From assembly GCA_963823555.1 (NCBI GenBank), contig CAWGMA010000001.1, positions 608,001-672,000 of the forward strand: DNA of 64,000 nt. Direction: 5' to 3'. Position numbers and translations under genes: made by a program. Under the pieces are notes generated by a model that did no database searches, had not been told where the DNA came from, and saw only the letters and a program-made list of their open reading frames with translations. Position 1 is the stretch's first letter. Each line of letters begins with the position of its first letter. The DNA comes from Candidatus Eiseniibacteriota bacterium (GTDB taxonomy: Bacteria > Eisenbacteria > RBG-16-71-46 > CAVPCR01). Positions 61,208-64,000 of this stretch are shown here, one piece after another.

Positions 61208-62356
61208 ATGGAACTGATGAGAACGGAGGAGACGGCGGTGCCCGAGGCTACCAGCGGCGAGGCCGGACCCACGTCTCCGGCCCCTGGAGGGCAAGGGGGT
61301 CCGCTCCGGCGGCCGGCATGGCCGGCCGCCGCTGCGCCCCCCGTTCTCGATGCTGGGCCATCTCCGGGAGTCCCGCGATCCTCACCACGATCCCTCGATC
61401 TGACCGTCAGGCACGGCCGCCGGATGCTGGAGCGAGTGATCGAGGGCATCCTGTTCCTGAACGGATCGGCCGCGATCCTGATCATCGCCCTCATCTTCAT
61501 CTTCCTGTTCCGAGAAGGCATCGTGGCCTTTCGGGACCTGCAGCCGATACAGTTCATCGGCGGGACCGAGATCAAGGCCAGCTACGATCCGGCAAGCGAT
61601 ACCTTCACCGAGGTCCGGGATTTCGCCACCGTGTGGCAGCCTGTTTCGGAGGAGCCCAAGTACTCGCTCATTCCGCTCATCAATGGCTCGCTCCTGGTTG
61701 CCTTGCCTGCGACGTTGATCTCGACCGTGATCGGGGTGCTGGTCGGGATCTACCTGGCCGAGCTGGCCCACCACCGGGTGCGTGAGATCGTCAAGCCGGC
61801 AATCGAGCTTCTGGCTGGGATCCCCACCGTGATCATCGGCTTCATCATGCTCACCGTGGTCGCCAGCCTCGTGCACGGCATCACCCACACCCACTTCCGT
61901 CTGAACGCGTTCATCGGGGCGCTCGGAGTCTCGCTCGTCATCATCCCGGTCGTGGCCTCGCTCACCGAAGATGCCTTGCGCGCCGTGCCCGAGCAGCTCC
62001 GCCTGGCGTCCTACGGTCTCGGCGCCACCCGCTGGCAGACCGTGTCGCGAGTGGTCGTTCCCGCCGCCATCTCGGGAATCACGGCGGCCACCATCCTCGG
62101 GTTCGGACGGGCTCTCGGGGAGACCATGATCGTGCTCATGGCCACCGGGAATGCCGCTCTCGTGACTGGCAACATCTTCTCGAGCGTACGCACCATGACC
62201 GCGACCATCGCCGCCGAGCTCGGCGCCGTGGCGCAGGGGAGCGAGCAGTATCATGCGCTCTTCTTCGTGGGTGCGGTCCTCTTCACGATCACTTTCCTCT
62301 TCAACCTGGTCTCCGAGATCATCGTGTCCCGGATGCGACGCCGGTTGCGGATGTGA
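61208..62356 (+). CDS. pstC: Phosphate ABC transporter permease PstC (start uncertain)
   Basis: ELLAGIPTV, EDALRAVP, GRALGETM. Confidence 0.93.
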   Translation: MELMRTEETAVPEATSGEAGPTSPAPGGQGGPLRRPAWPAAAAPPVLDAGPSPGVPRSSPRSLDLTVRHGRRMLERVIEGILFLNGSAAILIIALIFIFLFREGIVAFRDLQPIQFIGGTEIKASYDPASDTFTEVRDFATVWQPVSEEPKYSLIPLINGSLLVALPATLISTVIGVLVGIYLAELAHHRVREIVKPAIELLAGIPTVIIGFIMLTVVASLVHGITHTHFRLNAFIGALGVSLVIIPVVASLTEDALRAVPEQLRLASYGLGATRWQTVSRVVVPAAISGITAATILGFGRALGETMIVLMATGNAALVTGNIFSSVRTMTATIAAELGAVAQGSEQYHALFFVGAVLFTITFLFNLVSEIIVSRMRRRLRM

Positions 62357-62366
62357 GGCGAGAGCG

Positions 62367-63413
62367 ATGACCGGTTCCGACCCTTCGACCACATCGGCGG
62401 CGGCCCTGGCCTTTCCCGCCCGGCCTCGCCCCGATCGCGTGGGTGAGCTGATGGCGAGTCTCTGTCGCGCCGCCACCGTGCTCGTCCTGTGCGTGCTCGT
62501 GCTCTTGGTCGGGCACATCGTGAGCCGCGGTTCCGGCGTCTTGAGCTGGGAGTTCCTGTCCCAGGCTCCAATCGAGGGCATGACCGAGGGCGGCATCTTC
62601 CCGGCCATTTTCGGCACCGTGGCGATCACCCTGCTCATGATCATCATGGCGCTGCCGCTCGGTGCTCTGGCCGGCATCTACCTCGTCGAGTATGCCGGGT
62701 CGAACCCCATGGCCCGCGTGATCCGTGCCGCCGTGAACAACCTGGCCGGCGTGCCCTCGATCGTGTTCGGTCTCTTCGGCGTCGGATTCTTCATTCTCTT
62801 CGTCGGGCGTCACATCGATGCCGCTCTTGGCCCCGGGGGGCGGGCGGCGGTCGAGCAGGTGATCGGGCAGCAAGGCAGAGCGGCGGCAAGCGGTCTCCTC
62901 TTCGGGCAACCCATCATGCTGTGGGCGGCGGCCACGCTGGCCTGCCTCGTGCTGCCGACCATCATCGTCACCACCGAGGAGGCGCTCACAGCGGTGCCGC
63001 AGAGCCATCGTGACGCGTCGCTTGCGCTCGGCGCCACTCGCTGGCAGACGATCTGGAGCGTGGTGCTACCCCAGGCCCGCGCGGGGATCCTGACCGGAGC
63101 CATTCTCTCGGTCAGTCGCGGCGCCGGGGAGACCGCACCGATCCTCTTCACGGGCTGCGCCTACTTCCTGCCGCGTCTGCCGGTTGCCGATCTGTTCGGG
63201 GTCATCCCCATGGTCAACCCGCTCGACCAGTTCATGGAGCTGAGTTACCACATCTTCATCATGGCCACCCAGTCCACGGACACCCGCCAGACGCTTCCGA
63301 TCCAGTACGGGACGACGCTCGTCCTGGTCGTCCTCACGTTCGTTCTGAATCTGGCGGGCATCGTGTCCCGCTACCTCTTCCGGCGGCGGATGACCACGCG
63401 CACCGCCATCTAG
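62367..63413 (+). CDS. pstA: Phosphate ABC transporter permease PstA
   Basis: GGIFPAIFGT, LAGVPSIVFGLFG, GETAPI. Confidence 0.93.
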   Translation: MTGSDPSTTSAAALAFPARPRPDRVGELMASLCRAATVLVLCVLVLLVGHIVSRGSGVLSWEFLSQAPIEGMTEGGIFPAIFGTVAITLLMIIMALPLGALAGIYLVEYAGSNPMARVIRAAVNNLAGVPSIVFGLFGVGFFILFVGRHIDAALGPGGRAAVEQVIGQQGRAAASGLLFGQPIMLWAAATLACLVLPTIIVTTEEALTAVPQSHRDASLALGATRWQTIWSVVLPQARAGILTGAILSVSRGAGETAPILFTGCAYFLPRLPVADLFGVIPMVNPLDQFMELSYHIFIMATQSTDTRQTLPIQYGTTLVLVVLTFVLNLAGIVSRYLFRRRMTTRTAI

Positions 63414-63481
63414 CTAGAGCCGCAGTCCAGTAGAAAACAAGGGCCTGTTGCCGGCGCGGCAGCAGGCCGCCGGGATCGATC

Positions 63482-64000
63482 ATGCACGAGAATCGAAACG
63501 CGACCCTGGCGCCATCCGCTCAGGCGATGAGCGCCACCGGCCCGATGACGGCCGAGCAGCCGGTCAAGGTGGCCGTGCGTTCCCTCAACTTCTTCTATGG
63601 TCCGGCGCAGGTCTTGCACGACATCAGCATGGATGTGCCCGAGCACCAGGTGACGGCTCTCATCGGTCCCTCGGGGTGCGGCAAGTCGACCTTCCTGCGC
63701 TGCCTGAACCGGATGAACGATCTCATCCCGGGGACGCGGATCACGGGAGAGGTGAAGCTCTCGGGAGTGGAGATCTACGACCGCGGGATCGACCCGGTGG
63801 AGGTGCGGAAGCGGGTCGGCATGGTCTTCCAGAAGTCGAACCCGTTTCCCAAGTCGGTCTTCGAGAACGTCGCCTACGGGCTCCGCATCAATGGCATTCG
63901 CGACCGCGCCGTGATCGAGGAGCGGGTGGAGGAGAGCCTCCGCGATTCCGCCCTGTGGGAAGAGGTCAAGGATCGCCTGCACCAGTCGGCGCTCGAGCTC
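63482..64000 (+). CDS. pstB: Phosphate ABC transporter ATPase (3'-truncated by window edge; absent from the ORF track)
   Basis: Own translation: LNFFYG...[22 protein letters not shown]...[13 protein letters not shown]. Confidence 0.95.
   Translation, partial: MHENRNATLAPSAQAMSATGPMTAEQPVKVAVRSLNFFYGPAQVLHDISMDVPEHQVTALIGPSGCGKSTFLRCLNRMNDLIPGTRITGEVKLSGVEIYDRGIDPVEVRKRVGMVFQKSNPFPKSVFENVAYGLRINGIRDRAVIEERVEESLRDSALWEEVKDRLHQSALEL

Overview
GC-rich bacterial chromosomal segment with no mobile element or CRISPR array seen. Gene content (GWxTD protein, several secreted proteins with FlgD-Ig/T9SS-like C-termini, a C-terminal TWGxIK motif) suggests an FCB-related candidate phylum such as Eisenbacteria or Latescibacterota; this is inference. 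In order: GWxTD, NlpC/P60, rhomboid; mreBCD-mrdA-rodA-lgt-aroE; beta-helix protein; comF; dapL-like-folB-folK-dNK-panB-panC-short glmU-HIT-LytR_C-DUF4321; tatA; SurA/PpiD; two CNNM proteins; PAS kinase and sigma54 activator, then a sigma54 promoter, a lone receiver protein and a K/R/A-rich histone-like repeat protein; rarA; M16 pair; glycoside hydrolase; a full-length but catalytically degenerate DnaE homolog followed by lexA; tRNA-Glu; secreted proteins; iadA; frameshifted hppA; ctaB/ctaA; and a Pho region (porin, phoB, phoR, second phoB-like gene, pstSCAB). Most interesting: (1) the pseudo-DnaE/lexA unit, (2) the sigma54-linked histone-like module, (3) a promoter-anchored hairpin RNA candidate, (4) a shared Pho-box-like motif. 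All calls come from motif reading by eye, without database searches.
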